A DNA stretch of 63,940 nt, filler included, from Folioceros fuciformis (taxonomy: Eukaryota), in assembly GCA_049999805.1 (NCBI GenBank). It is 5 parts of 4 records of this genome, joined end to end, with 100 filler letters (N's around TTAATTAATTAA, not from the genome) between each part and the next. Parts side by side here need not be neighbours in the genome. Positions count along the whole stretch, not along the records: positions 1 to 18,121 come from JBNGIO010006042.1; positions 18,222 to 32,396 come from JBNGIO010006042.1; 3 more parts are not named here. The stretch is one strand, 5' to 3'. A model generated the notes under the pieces. The model did no database searches. It was not told the origin of the DNA and saw only the letters and a list, made by a program, of their open reading frames with translations. Shown here piece after piece: positions 10,281 to 21,200 of the stretch. The translations under genes were made by a program, and so were the position numbers. How positions within the stretch are numbered: the stretch's first letter is position 1; every line of letters starts with the position of its first letter.

Positions 10281-12582
10281 ATTACCGGGAGCACCTTGTA
10301 CCAGTTTCCTAGTCTGTTTCGGAAGCAGAAGAGACCAGTGTATTTGAGCCTGCGAAGACTGCTTGGTTCTCTTATTCCAAAGGGGCGATATTCACAATAT
10401 TCCTCAGCAATATTGGACAGTAACTCTGCATACCAACCGCCGTGGAAGCTCCTCCATTGCCAGCTCTCTTTGTCTTCATTCTTGTGTAATGGTTGGTACT
10501 TTGTGTGCAGTATGGTCTTCGCTTGAAAGAGCCACAGATCCTAGGGAAGCTCTATCTGTTGATTGTGGTGATCAGTTGTGGCATCGTTATGTGGACCTCT
10601 GGGCTCATGTAATGGACTTCGACTCTGTTGGACTGCTACTGACCTGTTAGACTGTTGGACTGCAAACGAGAGCTGCAAACTCAGAGAGAGTACGACCCAG
10701 CTACATCTTTTGCTAGTATGCTCCAGTTGAAGATGAAATCATTCAGACGGCATTTCGCTGAATACACTACTCGATGGATTGAAGTGTGCTTGGTTGTTGT
10801 AGATGCCATTTCATACGATTTATAGAAGGGTGTTCCCTAACATTCTACAGCTGGCTACAGATGTGGATCTGGTAGATGTCTACTCTATACAACAGTAATG
10901 CATCTCTGCCCGTTCCTTTCAAGATATTGCAAAGTTTGACCGAACAGACTTAGCTTGCGGACCCTAAACCCTAAGTTCTCAGTATGTGTGGAACACACGG
11001 GCTCTTGAACGTCCTGATTGTTTTGGTTATACTGACGCTTTAAGGTTTTGAATGTTTAGCTTACGCGGCAAATTTTTCAGGAGTTCTGTAAGCAGGTTAT
11101 TCACTGGCTGACTAGCAATGTCGACAAAGAGACCCGATACAATGTCTCTTCTGGACAGCATTCTAGATGGATTAGTTCAAGCTGAGAATGGCTCCCTGAG
11201 GTCTGTCATCATGGATCCCTCATGTTGCATCCTATTAACTACCAGTTGCAACATCCAAGGTCAATCGGATCGTTGGGTGTGCAGAGAATTTCGTGCCAAC
11301 TGCTTTGGGGAGTTCCTGCGGTGGTCTCTTTGACAGTCTCCTGTAGAGGTTGACAACTTTGTGAATGTTACATCCACGCTGCGCCGCATATACAACCGCC
11401 TTGACCACCCAGATGCCTACCACCGTCTGGGTGCTGCTATGGCTGCACAGTGCATGTATCCAGTGCTGAGGCAAAACAATAGCATTGTTGGGCGGCATAT
11501 CCTTGAGTTCACTTTTTTTGTTGTTAAAAGCCTGCACCGTGCTGAAAGTGACAGTGAGCAGATAGGTGAGTTTGCAGTCTGGGACAATGCATCTGATGGT
11601 CATAGTCAAGCTCGCTGCACGCGTGTCTAACCATGACTTTACTTGAACAGTAACGGTGAAGCACCTTAACAGGGCACTTGGTTACCTGGAAAAGTTGATC
11701 AAGCTATCGCTCGAGTCTCTGCAAGAAAAGAACAAGCACCGGCTCCTTTTTCATGGGCTCGGAGATCTCTCAAGGTCTTGGCATTGGCTTACGTGGGCCC
11801 TACAAGGAAAATTGGTGGGCGGAGAAAGGTTACAGCGCATGGGAACTCTTGCCGAGATACCCAAATATCTTGAGTGCATGCTGAGTGCACAAAATGACCA
11901 TGCCATCATGGCTCTTACCTCAGCAGAAAGAGACACTCACTTGAGATTGAAATATTCCACCGTGAAGTATTTTTTACAGTTTAGTCTGGAAGTTTGTAAG
12001 CTTGAACTAGAAATGAAGAAGTCAGTGTTCTCATCTGAATCTGATATGTTGTCAAATGGAGAATCAATAATTCCAATAGGCGATTCCAACTTCCACCATT
12101 TCCTAGCTTTACGTTTTGTGAAACCAAGGCAGCTTGCTGGGTGTCATATCGGGTGTCATATCTTTGAACGTTCAGAGCGAAGATGAGGTGGCTGGCACTG
12201 CTTTTCAACTAATGGGTTATGGACCAACTACTATGAAGTCGGGCGTAATAGATCACCTAGGGCAATGCATGAAAAGAGAAACATGGCACTTATCACTTGA
12301 CGTTGCTGGGCAGACAGAGGAAAGCTTGGCAGACCTTAAGAATCTGCTGAAAGGACTACAGCTGATGCATCGAGCGCGGATTTTGGCCTGATCTTGACGA
12401 AGCTGAGACAAAAAATTGGAGAGCAGCTCATGCTATCAGTTTTCGAGATGGAAAGAGACTGCCTGGAGCCTGTTGCATTGGATATGCTTACAGTATCGCG
12501 CATTCTGGGAATCAGAGTGCAACGACTGTTGGAACTGGTCTTTGATGACAGGATAGTTCAAATCAATCAGATAGGAAATTGA
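10281..12582 (+). pseudogene. PRKDC: DNA-PKcs (PRKDC-like) internal fragment from the HEAT-repeat region, with introns
   Basis: Colinear motifs resembling vertebrate DNA-PKcs (recalled): FRKQKRPVYL..LIPK ~ FREMKPVIFLDVFLPR; IYRRVFPNILQLATDVDL (10818-10871) ~ LYKRTFPVLLRLACDVDQ; QVIHWLTSN ~ QLIHWFTNN; DTMSLLDSILDGLV..SLREF..CFGEFLRWSL ~ DTVALLEAILDGIV..TLRDFCGRCIREFLKWSI; RRIYNRLDHPDAYHRLGA ~ KRLYSLALHPNAFKRLGA; LMHRARIL ~ QLHRAGLL. GT-AG introns at 11201-11284 and 11566-11650. Frameshift near 11130, TGA at 11331, and an apparent internal deletion near 11795. Confidence 0.85.
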
Positions 12583-12728
12583 CAGCAGGAAATGTATTCT
12601 ACATTAATTTCAGAAAGATCATTATTCAGCAGGTGAAATTTGCCTACAAGATTTCTTTGCCTAAAATACTCCAATCAGCTGTGATTCACCTAAAGTGGCG
12701 ACTGATTCACCTCCTCCACATCAATGCA

Positions 12729-14034
12729 CTATACTTTGCTTCCACTTCCACATAGACTATTCATCCCAATTTTGGCCAACCCCTTGTCACCCCAATGCTC
12801 TCCCATAGAGTTCTGGATCAACCAAAATGGTTTGATTCCACTTACATCGTAGCCGATTATTAACACAGTATGCCCCTGTACATAGTCCGGTCGCCAGAAC
12901 GGGACGGGCCGCATAAAGGGTCCCATAAAAATGCCTTTAGAGATAATGGCTGATTTGCGTTCATCCTCGGGGCACCAAAGAGTAGATACCACCGTACCAG
13001 TCTGTAACATGGCTTGTAGTTTTGTACCCGAGACATTCTCGTGATATGAATAGCTAAAGCCAAGCTTCATAAACAATTCGGTTGAGTCCCCATGCTTCCA
13101 TCTACACAAGGTGTCCCATTGCCTCCGTCTCTGCTTCCTTTCCAAGGCTGACGAAAATGGAGGAAGGAGCAATTCATATGCTGGCCTACCCAGGTACGGC
13201 CATTGTTCCTCCCGAACTAATCCATGTTCGTGAACATATTCCAAAGCCTCAAGCGGATTTCCTCCACAAGCTCCATAGGGTACATAGTGCAAAATTTGCT
13301 GACTAGAACAGAGCGGGAAATTTATTCCCTCCCGGATACCGAAATTCATGGAACACATTCGTGCACAGGCTATGGCATAACATGACCCTGCATTTCCTTG
13401 ACACACAGTGGGGTACAACCTTGCTTTCCAGGACAGGCTGGAGAGCAAGGATCTAAGCACATTAAAACCCAACCAACTCCTCACTAAACTAACAACCCCT
13501 TATCAGCCCGCCACCACGATGATTTATCTGCACGACTCAACTGAGTGGGTTGTTTAGTCATCTTAACACTGCAAAAGAAAGATAAGTATTAGATCAGCAC
13601 ACAAGGTTTAATTAGGACAAACAAATTTGAAAACAAGAAACACAACACACCTGCGTGCACCATACTTTCCTCGCCACACTATTTCTTCTCTGTTCTTCGA
13701 AGATATGTTTGGCTCTACGTGGACATAATGGGAAATCTCCTCAGGTGTCCAGGCTGCAAACAATGTTGTGCCAAAAGAACCAGGACCTTCCTCCTTGTTG
13801 AGATTGAGAACCATCACACAGCAACTCTTAAAAAGCTTCAACCTTTTGCTAAATTCAGTGCCTTGAGGCACGTCCTTTCGCATACGTCGGAGCCACTCAT
13901 GATAGAGGGCTGTGATCTTGTACAAGGGAAGATTCTCCACGTTGTTAGGAATTTCCAAATCCTGGGGCATGCAGGTATCATATTCCTGCAAATCAGGGGC
14001 ATGCAGGTATCATATTCCTGCAAATCAGGGGCAT
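12729..14034 (-). pseudogene. Papain-like cysteine protease (I29 inhibitor prodomain + C1A catalytic domain); 3' half of the chimeric gene
   Basis: Prodomain [35 protein letters not shown] (ORF 13608-13991). Intron 13569-13650. Catalytic motifs CQGNAGSCYA (Q/C), ACGGNP, GHTVLIIGY (H) and WLIQNSMG (N). About a 1-bp frameshift near 13497 and a 32-bp duplication at 13964-14027. Confidence 0.85.
13964..14027. repeat. 32-bp tandem duplication that breaks the WD40-protease reading frame
   Basis: GGGGCATGCAGGTATCATATTCCTGCAAATCA occurs at 13964-13995 and 13996-14027. Confidence 0.95.
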
Positions 14035-15347
14035 CCTCGGACGGAACGCTTCCTAGTAAAGAAGAGCAAGGGGCATCACTTGGGCGCTCACACTTTTCCA
14101 GTTTGAACACAATCATGCCCCCATCATGCCCTGCCGCAAGCAGATTCGTATCTGGATGCGCTGCAAGTATCCAGAACCTGTCACGTTCCCGCCTGAATTT
14201 CTGCACCCCAATGCAGTTACTCATATCCCACACTCTGATGGACTTGTCTTCTGAATTGGAAACGATAATATCCTGATCCGCTTGGAAAATTACACAAGAG
14301 GCGTTGTCGCCATGGCCGTGTAGTGTTTCCACCTCCGAAGCCGTTCTCTCTGCACATCACGAAAGCATCAACACAACCAAGGCATAGGGCAATTGAGGTA
14401 GGACGGGAGAACCGAAAATATGACATGCAGACAGTCGACTTCGAACGCTTACCATTCATACGCCACAACTTCACCTGCCGATCATCACCTCCTGATACAA
14501 TCAAAGGCAAGGTGGGATGAAACGCAGCCCATTTGACACCTTGATCGTGTCCTTCTAGAACATACTTCACCACAGCCTCACGCCCACCGAAGACATTCAT
14601 ATTGATATGACTAGGCTTGAAAATATCCTCCACAGGACCCACGGGTTTCTTGCGAAGAGTAACGAGATCCCATACCCTCACCGTCTTGTCCAAGGATGCA
14701 GACACCACCAAATCCTCCTTCATGTGAAAGGAAGCACACATGACAGAGTGAGTGTGCCCTTTGAGCATAGATATGCATATCCGGGACTGCCAGTCCCATA
14801 TCCGAATAGTCTGGTCATCACTGGCGCTCACAATCCAAGGGTACTCCTGGTGAAACTGTACAGTCCTGATCTTATCGAGGTGGCCCACAAGGGTCAAGAC
14901 GCAGCGGCGCATGCTGTAATTCCACACCTTGATCTTATAGTCATCCCCTGTTCCAAACGTCACAGTGTCAGACCTCCTGCCACAAGCCCACCCCAAGACA
15001 CAAACAAACAGCGTACAAAGTCCAGCAGCAGCATGAGCAACAGCTCCGCTCCCATGCCCTGCCCTCCCCAACCCAAACCACTCCAGACCCAAGCGTTACA
15101 ACACACGAGCCCAGGTCCCACTAGATTCCACTTCAATACCTCCCGAAACGAAAAGCGGCTGCGACTTGTGGAAGTGCACGCTGCGCACGGGGCCGTCGTT
15201 TTCGTTGAAGCAATCGATGAGGGTGCCCATCTGGTAGTCCCAAAGTTGGATGATGCCCGTTTGCAAGCTCGCCAAGATCCAGGGCAGCCGGGGGTGGAAG
15301 CTCAGCCCCTTCACCCGGTTGCTCTTGGTCTCGAATTCCGTGATCAT
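14035..15347 (-). CDS. Coatomer alpha (alpha-COP) N-terminal WD40 propeller duplicate; 5' half of the chimeric gene (3 exons)
   Basis: Exon 1 is 15347-15140 ([28 protein letters not shown]), exon 2 is 14947-14453 ([11 protein letters not shown]...[13 protein letters not shown]) and exon 3 starts at 14349 ([36 protein letters not shown]). Introns are canonical GT-AG and in phase. Alpha-COP homology stops after ERP. Confidence 0.88.
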
Positions 15348-15842
15348 GGTTGCTCCCTGAGACCGGAGCCACTCCCCCAATCTGGCGCACTCCGTCCGAC
15401 CAGCTAGCTCGCTTCCTCCTTCCCTTCCTTCCTCCCTCGCGCTCACGACTCCTGTCCTCTCGCACTCGCCCGCCCTGTCGCCGGCTCCGCTCACGGAGCG
15501 TTCACGTTCAAATTCGAAACACGAGAACGATGGTTTGTTTCATTTCTTATTAGGACTAGGACCGTTGAAGTAACGAAGCTGGTTTAAGTGTCAAAGCAAG
15601 AAATCTGCTATGTTTAGTAGAGCAGCTTACCCTTTCTAGACCTGTATTGTTGTCACCTCGTGGCCCCTGGTCGTGATAGAGGCTATGCTTGTCTTGACTC
15701 TTGCTTCTACTTCAGGTTGTGCCTGTCTTGAATCTCACTTGTGCTTTTAGGCCGTGCCTTTCTTGGCTCTGGCTCTAGTTTGCCCCATGTTGTAAGTTAT
15801 TCGTATGTATAAATTGATGTCCCATTGTACACAAAAAAGAAT

Positions 15843-16190
15843 AGTGGTCGTTTCTTCCACAGCACATCTGGATCTGCCTAGGTGACCGCTACAGGCATCT
15901 CCTCCTATGTGGCATGCCTTCACAAGCCTGGAACCTGGCAAAGACACACTTGTATCATCGTCGTTGGACAATTCCTGGAACTTGGCAAAGACACACTTGT
16001 ATCGTCGTCGTTGGACAATTCCTGGAACTTGGCAAAGACACACTTGTATAGTCGTCGTTGGACAATTCCTAGAACTTGGCAAAGACACACTTGTATCGTT
16101 GTCGTTGGACAATTCCTAGAACTTGGCAAAGACACACTTGTATCGTTGTCGTTGGACAGTTTTAGGTGCTAGTTGTTGAATTCATCAGAA
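15843..16190 (-). pseudogene. RLK copy 4: last codons (SDEFNN*) and 3' UTR only; the rest is displaced by Copia A
   Basis: 15843-16189 aligns with about 9146-9327, which is the copy 3 3' UTR plus ...SDEFNS*. Confidence 0.75.
15927..16161. repeat. 47-bp minisatellite, 5 copies, in the 3' UTR of RLK copy 4
   Basis: Unit CCTGGAACTTGGCAAAGACACACTTGTATCGTCGTCGTTGGACAATT starts at 15927, 15974, 16021, 16068 and 16115. The homologous UTR of copy 3 (about 9227-9300) has only about 1.5 units. Confidence 0.95.
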
Positions 16191-18121
16191 CTACTAGAAA
16201 TCCATAGGGTTTTGTAACAACACATCTAGACTAGAATGCTATAAGTATGTCCCATGATATATAGGATAATACCATGGTCGAGATATTTTTTATCCACAAC
16301 GAGGTATCGTCATGCTTGTAGGCTATATGTGTATGTATATGCTATCAATCTAAAGGTATTGAACCAAAGATTGATCTTGAGACTCACTGTTTTTAACATG
16401 GTATCAGAGCCCATGTTTTAGTCCCAAGTTCCTTGCTTTGGGAGCCGCCTGCATTGACTTGTGTAGGACTATCTTTGCTCCCTTTGTGTTGTGTACAGGG
16501 CCATGCACACTATATGTCTGTTGTAAGACCTTGTGCAAGTAGGTGAAGCTTGGCGTTAGTGTAGGGAAGTCATCATATTCAGCCGCAAAGGACGGGAACA
16601 TGGAGACACGTCTTCTCGAAACTCGTATGGTGGAGAAGTTTGGAGGCAAAAACTTCACCTTATGAAAGCTGAAGATGAAGATGCTTCTTATCAAGGAGGG
16701 AGCATGGAAGTTCGCTGACAAGGGTCTCGATGTTGCACCCACAGAGNNNNNNNNNNNNNNNNNNNNNNNNNNNNNNNNNNNNNNNNNNNNNNNNNNNNNN
16801 NNNNNNNNNNNNNNNNNNNNNNNNNNNNNNNNNNNNNNNNNNNNNNCAAGAAGCTTGGATCACGCTCTGCAATATATACAAAAAGAAAAATATGGTAAGT
16901 TCGATGCTGTTGGAACAACAACTTGCAAACTTCACGATGACCGTAGGCGACACCATCCAGCAACATGTCAACAAGTTAAAGACCTTAGTGGACCAGATGA
17001 AGGCATCAAACCGATGGACATCAAACCGACCGAGAAAGGATCCTTGTGGTGTTGTTGTGTAGCTTACCACCAACCTACAAGTCATTTGTGTCGGCCTTCA
17101 GGACAACGGTCGAGATGCAATCAAGCGACAAACCGTCATCGTTGGATGAGGTGGTCGGATTGCTTTTGCGGGAGAAATTGGAGTTTTCAAACAGGAAAGA
17201 GAAGACTGATGATGCCATCCTTTTCACTAAGAAAGGCAAAGCAAAGGCAAAGTTCAAGTCTAAGGACGAGTCCAAGCCTACAGACGAGAAGAAGAAGGAT
17301 GGTACAAGCCATACGATGAAAGTATCTTGCTATTATTGCAGGAAGCCAGGTCATCACGCCAAAGAATGTAGAACCCAGTTGGTAGACGAGTCAAAGAAGG
17401 AGAAATCCTCTCAAGCCAATCAAGTGAATCAGCAACCTCAATAGGATCAATCTTTCGTGGCTAGCGATGGAGCTACTTCATCGACGAAGGATGAAAATCT
17501 TTATCTTGACTCTGGTGCATCTCAGAACTTCAGTTACAACCTTCTAGGGTTCACTGGCTACACTAAACTCTCGAAGGGCCATATAGTGGCACTTTGTGAC
17601 AATACGTCACATGTTATCGAGGGGAAAGGAGTCTTACACATTCAATTGCAAGGCAGTAACCCCGCACGTATTGAGAATGTGCATCATGTACCTAATCTCG
17701 CGAGGAATCTTCTTTCTATTGCGCGGATTGCAGATGCAGGTCATGAAATAGTCTTCAACTCCACAGGCTATCGCTTTCAACTTGTACAGCCTGAGCTGTC
17801 ACATGTGGCTGCTTGTGGTGTTCGTGTGGGAAATCTGTACAGACTTTATGCTTCAATGAGAAAGCAAGCTTGTATGTTCCTAGCTAGTTCACACAACCAC
17901 ATAGAGTATGTCGATTTATGGCATCAGCGTTCGAGCCACATTAGAGTGGACAAACTCAAGCAGATGATAACTCATGATATGGTGATAGAATTAGATTTGA
18001 AGGAGATTGCTGCAACACAATTGTGTCCAGGATGTCAGATAGGGAAGCTAAATTGCACAAAGTTTGTGAAAAATATACGTTAGGTATAATAATGTTAATC
18101 TAGGCGTTTACGGTTTAGATT

Positions 18122-18221
18122 NNNNNNNNNNNNNNNNNNNNNNNNNNNNNNNNNNNNNNNNNNNNTTAATTAATTAANNNNNNNNNNNNNNNNNNNNNNN
18201 NNNNNNNNNNNNNNNNNNNNN
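18122..18221. other. Artificial contig linker N..TTAATTAATTAA..N (also at 32397-32496, 50344-50443 and 62739-62838)
   Basis: Identical 100-bp pattern with stop codons in all six frames. Confidence 0.97.
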
Positions 18222-21200
18222 CGATTACTAACCGTTTCACCTGAACACAATCGTGCCCTAGAAAAGAAGTCAATAGTATAAGTTAGACTTTTTTTGCTGA
18301 AAGTTCAATAAACCCTAAAGTAATGTTTTCAGATCTGACCGTTTCTTACCTGTCTGGTGGTGGATTCTCCTTTGTATGTCTACAAGAGATCATCTGTTAA
18401 GTTTTCCCTTGTCTCCTTATCTTCGTCGTTGACGTGAGCTCAGGACTCCTCCCCCGAGTCCACCACCTAATCCACCCTCTGTGCCTCCTATACCTCCACT
18501 TGTCCCACCTGTACAGCCGCCACCTACGGCCAGCATGGCGGCTACACCATCGTTCACCACAAATCTAAAAGGCCAAGACAGATTCAATGGCACTAAATTC
18601 GAAGTTTGGAAAGTTCGAATGCAGACTACCTTGCGTGCAAGAGGCGTTTGGACAGTTGTTGACGGATCATATGCGGAGCCTGTGCTTCCTGCAGCTGAAA
18701 CATCTACCGAAACTGGAGGCCCGCAAGTCACCCAGGCTGATGTAGATAAATGGAACCAAATGAATGAGGTTGCTATAGCCATCCTGGTTACAGGCCTCGA
18801 CGAAGTGCTAATTCCCGACGTGGAATACCTTACAAAGGCACACCAAATTTGGACTCAGCTCAGAAATACATATGCTATCAAGACAATGATGACCAAGTGC
18901 ACAATAAAACAAGAATTCTATACCTTGAAAATGCGAGAGGGTGAAAGTGTGGCTGCCCACACCTGCAAGTTTCGACAACTTCGATCCCGTCTTGCTCAAT
19001 TGAATTCTACCATTTCAGAGGAGGATGTTGTGGCCCATCTCCTGCTTACACTTCCTCCATCATATCAGACCTTTGTATCACTGCAAAATGGTCCACTGGC
19101 CACTGCTGTTCAGAACGTAGCAGCTGGACAACCTGGCAACTATTCCCTGGAGAAGGTGATTGCTGCACTTTACCAAGAGGAGCAAAGCCGACTTCGAAAC
19201 AATTCGAGTGGCTCCAATAGGACACATACCAACAGAGTTCTCTACACCTCACGTCAGCGTGGAGGCTTTGGGAGAGGGAGAGGTAGAGGAGGAGGATGAC
19301 CAGCTCCTCGCCCACAAACCTCCATTGCTGGTACATCTTCTACAAAGAAACCTGGANNNNNNNNNNNNNNNNNNNNNNNNNNNNNNNNNNNNNNNNNNNN
19401 NNNNNNNNNNNNNNNNNNNNNNNNNNNNNNNNNNNNNNNNNNNNNNNNNNNNNNNNAGGGCATTGGGAGAGGGACTGCCGCAAAAAGAAAGCTGGCAAGC
19501 CCCGTTGTCCCAAGCCTGAAGTCAATTCAGTTGCGAAGGAGAGATCTCAACATGACAACGGCAAGGCAGTGGTGAAGATCCTTACCATCTGCTTGTCTTC
19601 TTCATCGAGTGATCCTAGCAGCTAGTACTTGGACTCTGGCGCGACAACACACATCTGCAAAGACAAACTGTTCAGCAGTTTCAAAGAACTCACAGATTCC
19701 ACTCAATCTGTCTTACTTGGAGATGAGTAGCGATCAACAAGTTTACCCATCAAAGGTTATGGTACTTGTCGATTCGTTATGACTGACAATTCAGTTCTCA
19801 ATGTGCCGGGCATACTGTATGTTCCTGGCATGGCCAAGAATCTCCTGTCAGTCAGGCTCCTGGCGATTCACCACAATCTAGAGTTTCATTTTCATGGAAC
19901 TACATGTGAAGTTTTTCGACGTACCTCCAGTGAGCAGTGTATTGGCCGTGGTGTTCCTAATTCGGAGCTACATTGCCTGGATGTGATCTGTGAATCATCC
20001 TCTGCAGCACCAATCATTACATCAACTTCTCCAGCGCATTTACCTGCCAGTGAATAGGCCAAGTTATGGCATGCTCGCCTTGGACATGTCAACAAAAACT
20101 CACTCATCAAGATGTCAACACAAGACTGCTATGTGGAACCTCTACCTTCCTGCTTCAAAGATTTACCTATTTGTGAAGCTTGCCTGTTGGCCAAACAGAA
20201 GGAGAATATGTTTCCACATCATGCCTATAGACCTTCAGGCTTGCTCGATCTTGTACACGCCGACATCTCTGGTAAACTGCAAACGCAATCTTTAGGAGGA
20301 GCTTTATACTATCTCACAATAACAGATGATTTCAGATGGTTTACCTGGACATATACTATGTCTCGTAAGAGTGAGACTTTTCTATGCTTTAGAGAGTGGT
20401 TTCTCATGGCCCAAAGACAGTCTGGCTGTTTGCTCAAATGCTTGCGCACTGACAACAGGACTGAGTTTTGCAACAATACCTTTGATGCCTTCCTTTAGGA
20501 TCATGGTGTACTACGTCAACTCACTGTTGCTTATATCCCCCAGCAGAATGGGGTTGCTGAGAGAAAGAATCAAACCCTCATGGGGATGACCCGCAGCATG
20601 CTTAGTTGGGCATCACTTCCCGCAGAGTACTGGGCAGAGGCCCTGGCAACTGCCACTTACATCCTCAACCGTCTCATTACAATTTCACTTCAAGGTAAAA
20701 CACCTTTTGAAATGTTCTGGGGACGGAAGCGTAGCATTCTACACTTTAGAGTTTTTGGTTCCCCTGCATATGATTACATCCCACCAGAAAAGCGTCAGAA
20801 ACTTGACAATAGATCACGAGCTTTGATCTTTGTAGGCTATGGGGATGAAGGTAAGGCTTATAAGTTGATAGACCCTTCTACTCTTACCCCTGTCCTCGCA
20901 CGAAGTGTTGTTTTCAAAGAGCTGCTGAACTCTGCCTCCCCATATGCTGGTGTTCACCCCTCTTCAGATTCTGATTCATCAGATGATGAATCTTCCTTAA
21001 CAGATGTTTTTGCCACAGCCCCTACTACATTTCCTCAAGGTGATGCTCTAGACAATGCACCCGCACCACCACCTCCTGCAGTGCACCTTCTAGATCCAGC
21101 AGATCCTGCCAATCCTGCAGATCTCGCTCCTGATCCCATCAATGAGCCTGTTTATGACATCCCAAACCCAGACCAGGATCTAGCCTATGATTGGCAACAT

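Noticed and set aside
10961-10975. ACCCTAAACCCTAA telomere-like motif (single motifs also near 18310, 51905 and 61236)
   Set aside because: Only 1-2 units. Such telo-box motifs are common and this is not an interstitial telomere array.
14607-15407. Long plus-strand ORF (likewise 54220-54888 and 55966-56709 on the minus strand)
   Set aside because: Antisense shadows of real coding sequence in GC-rich DNA.
15927-16161. Regular repeat array resembling CRISPR
   Set aside because: The units are contiguous with no unique spacers, the context is eukaryotic, and there are no cas genes.
18122-18221. TTAATTAATTAA palindrome within N runs (4 occurrences)
   Set aside because: Artificial six-frame-stop contig linker, not biology. 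Adjacency across the other three linkers is unproven.
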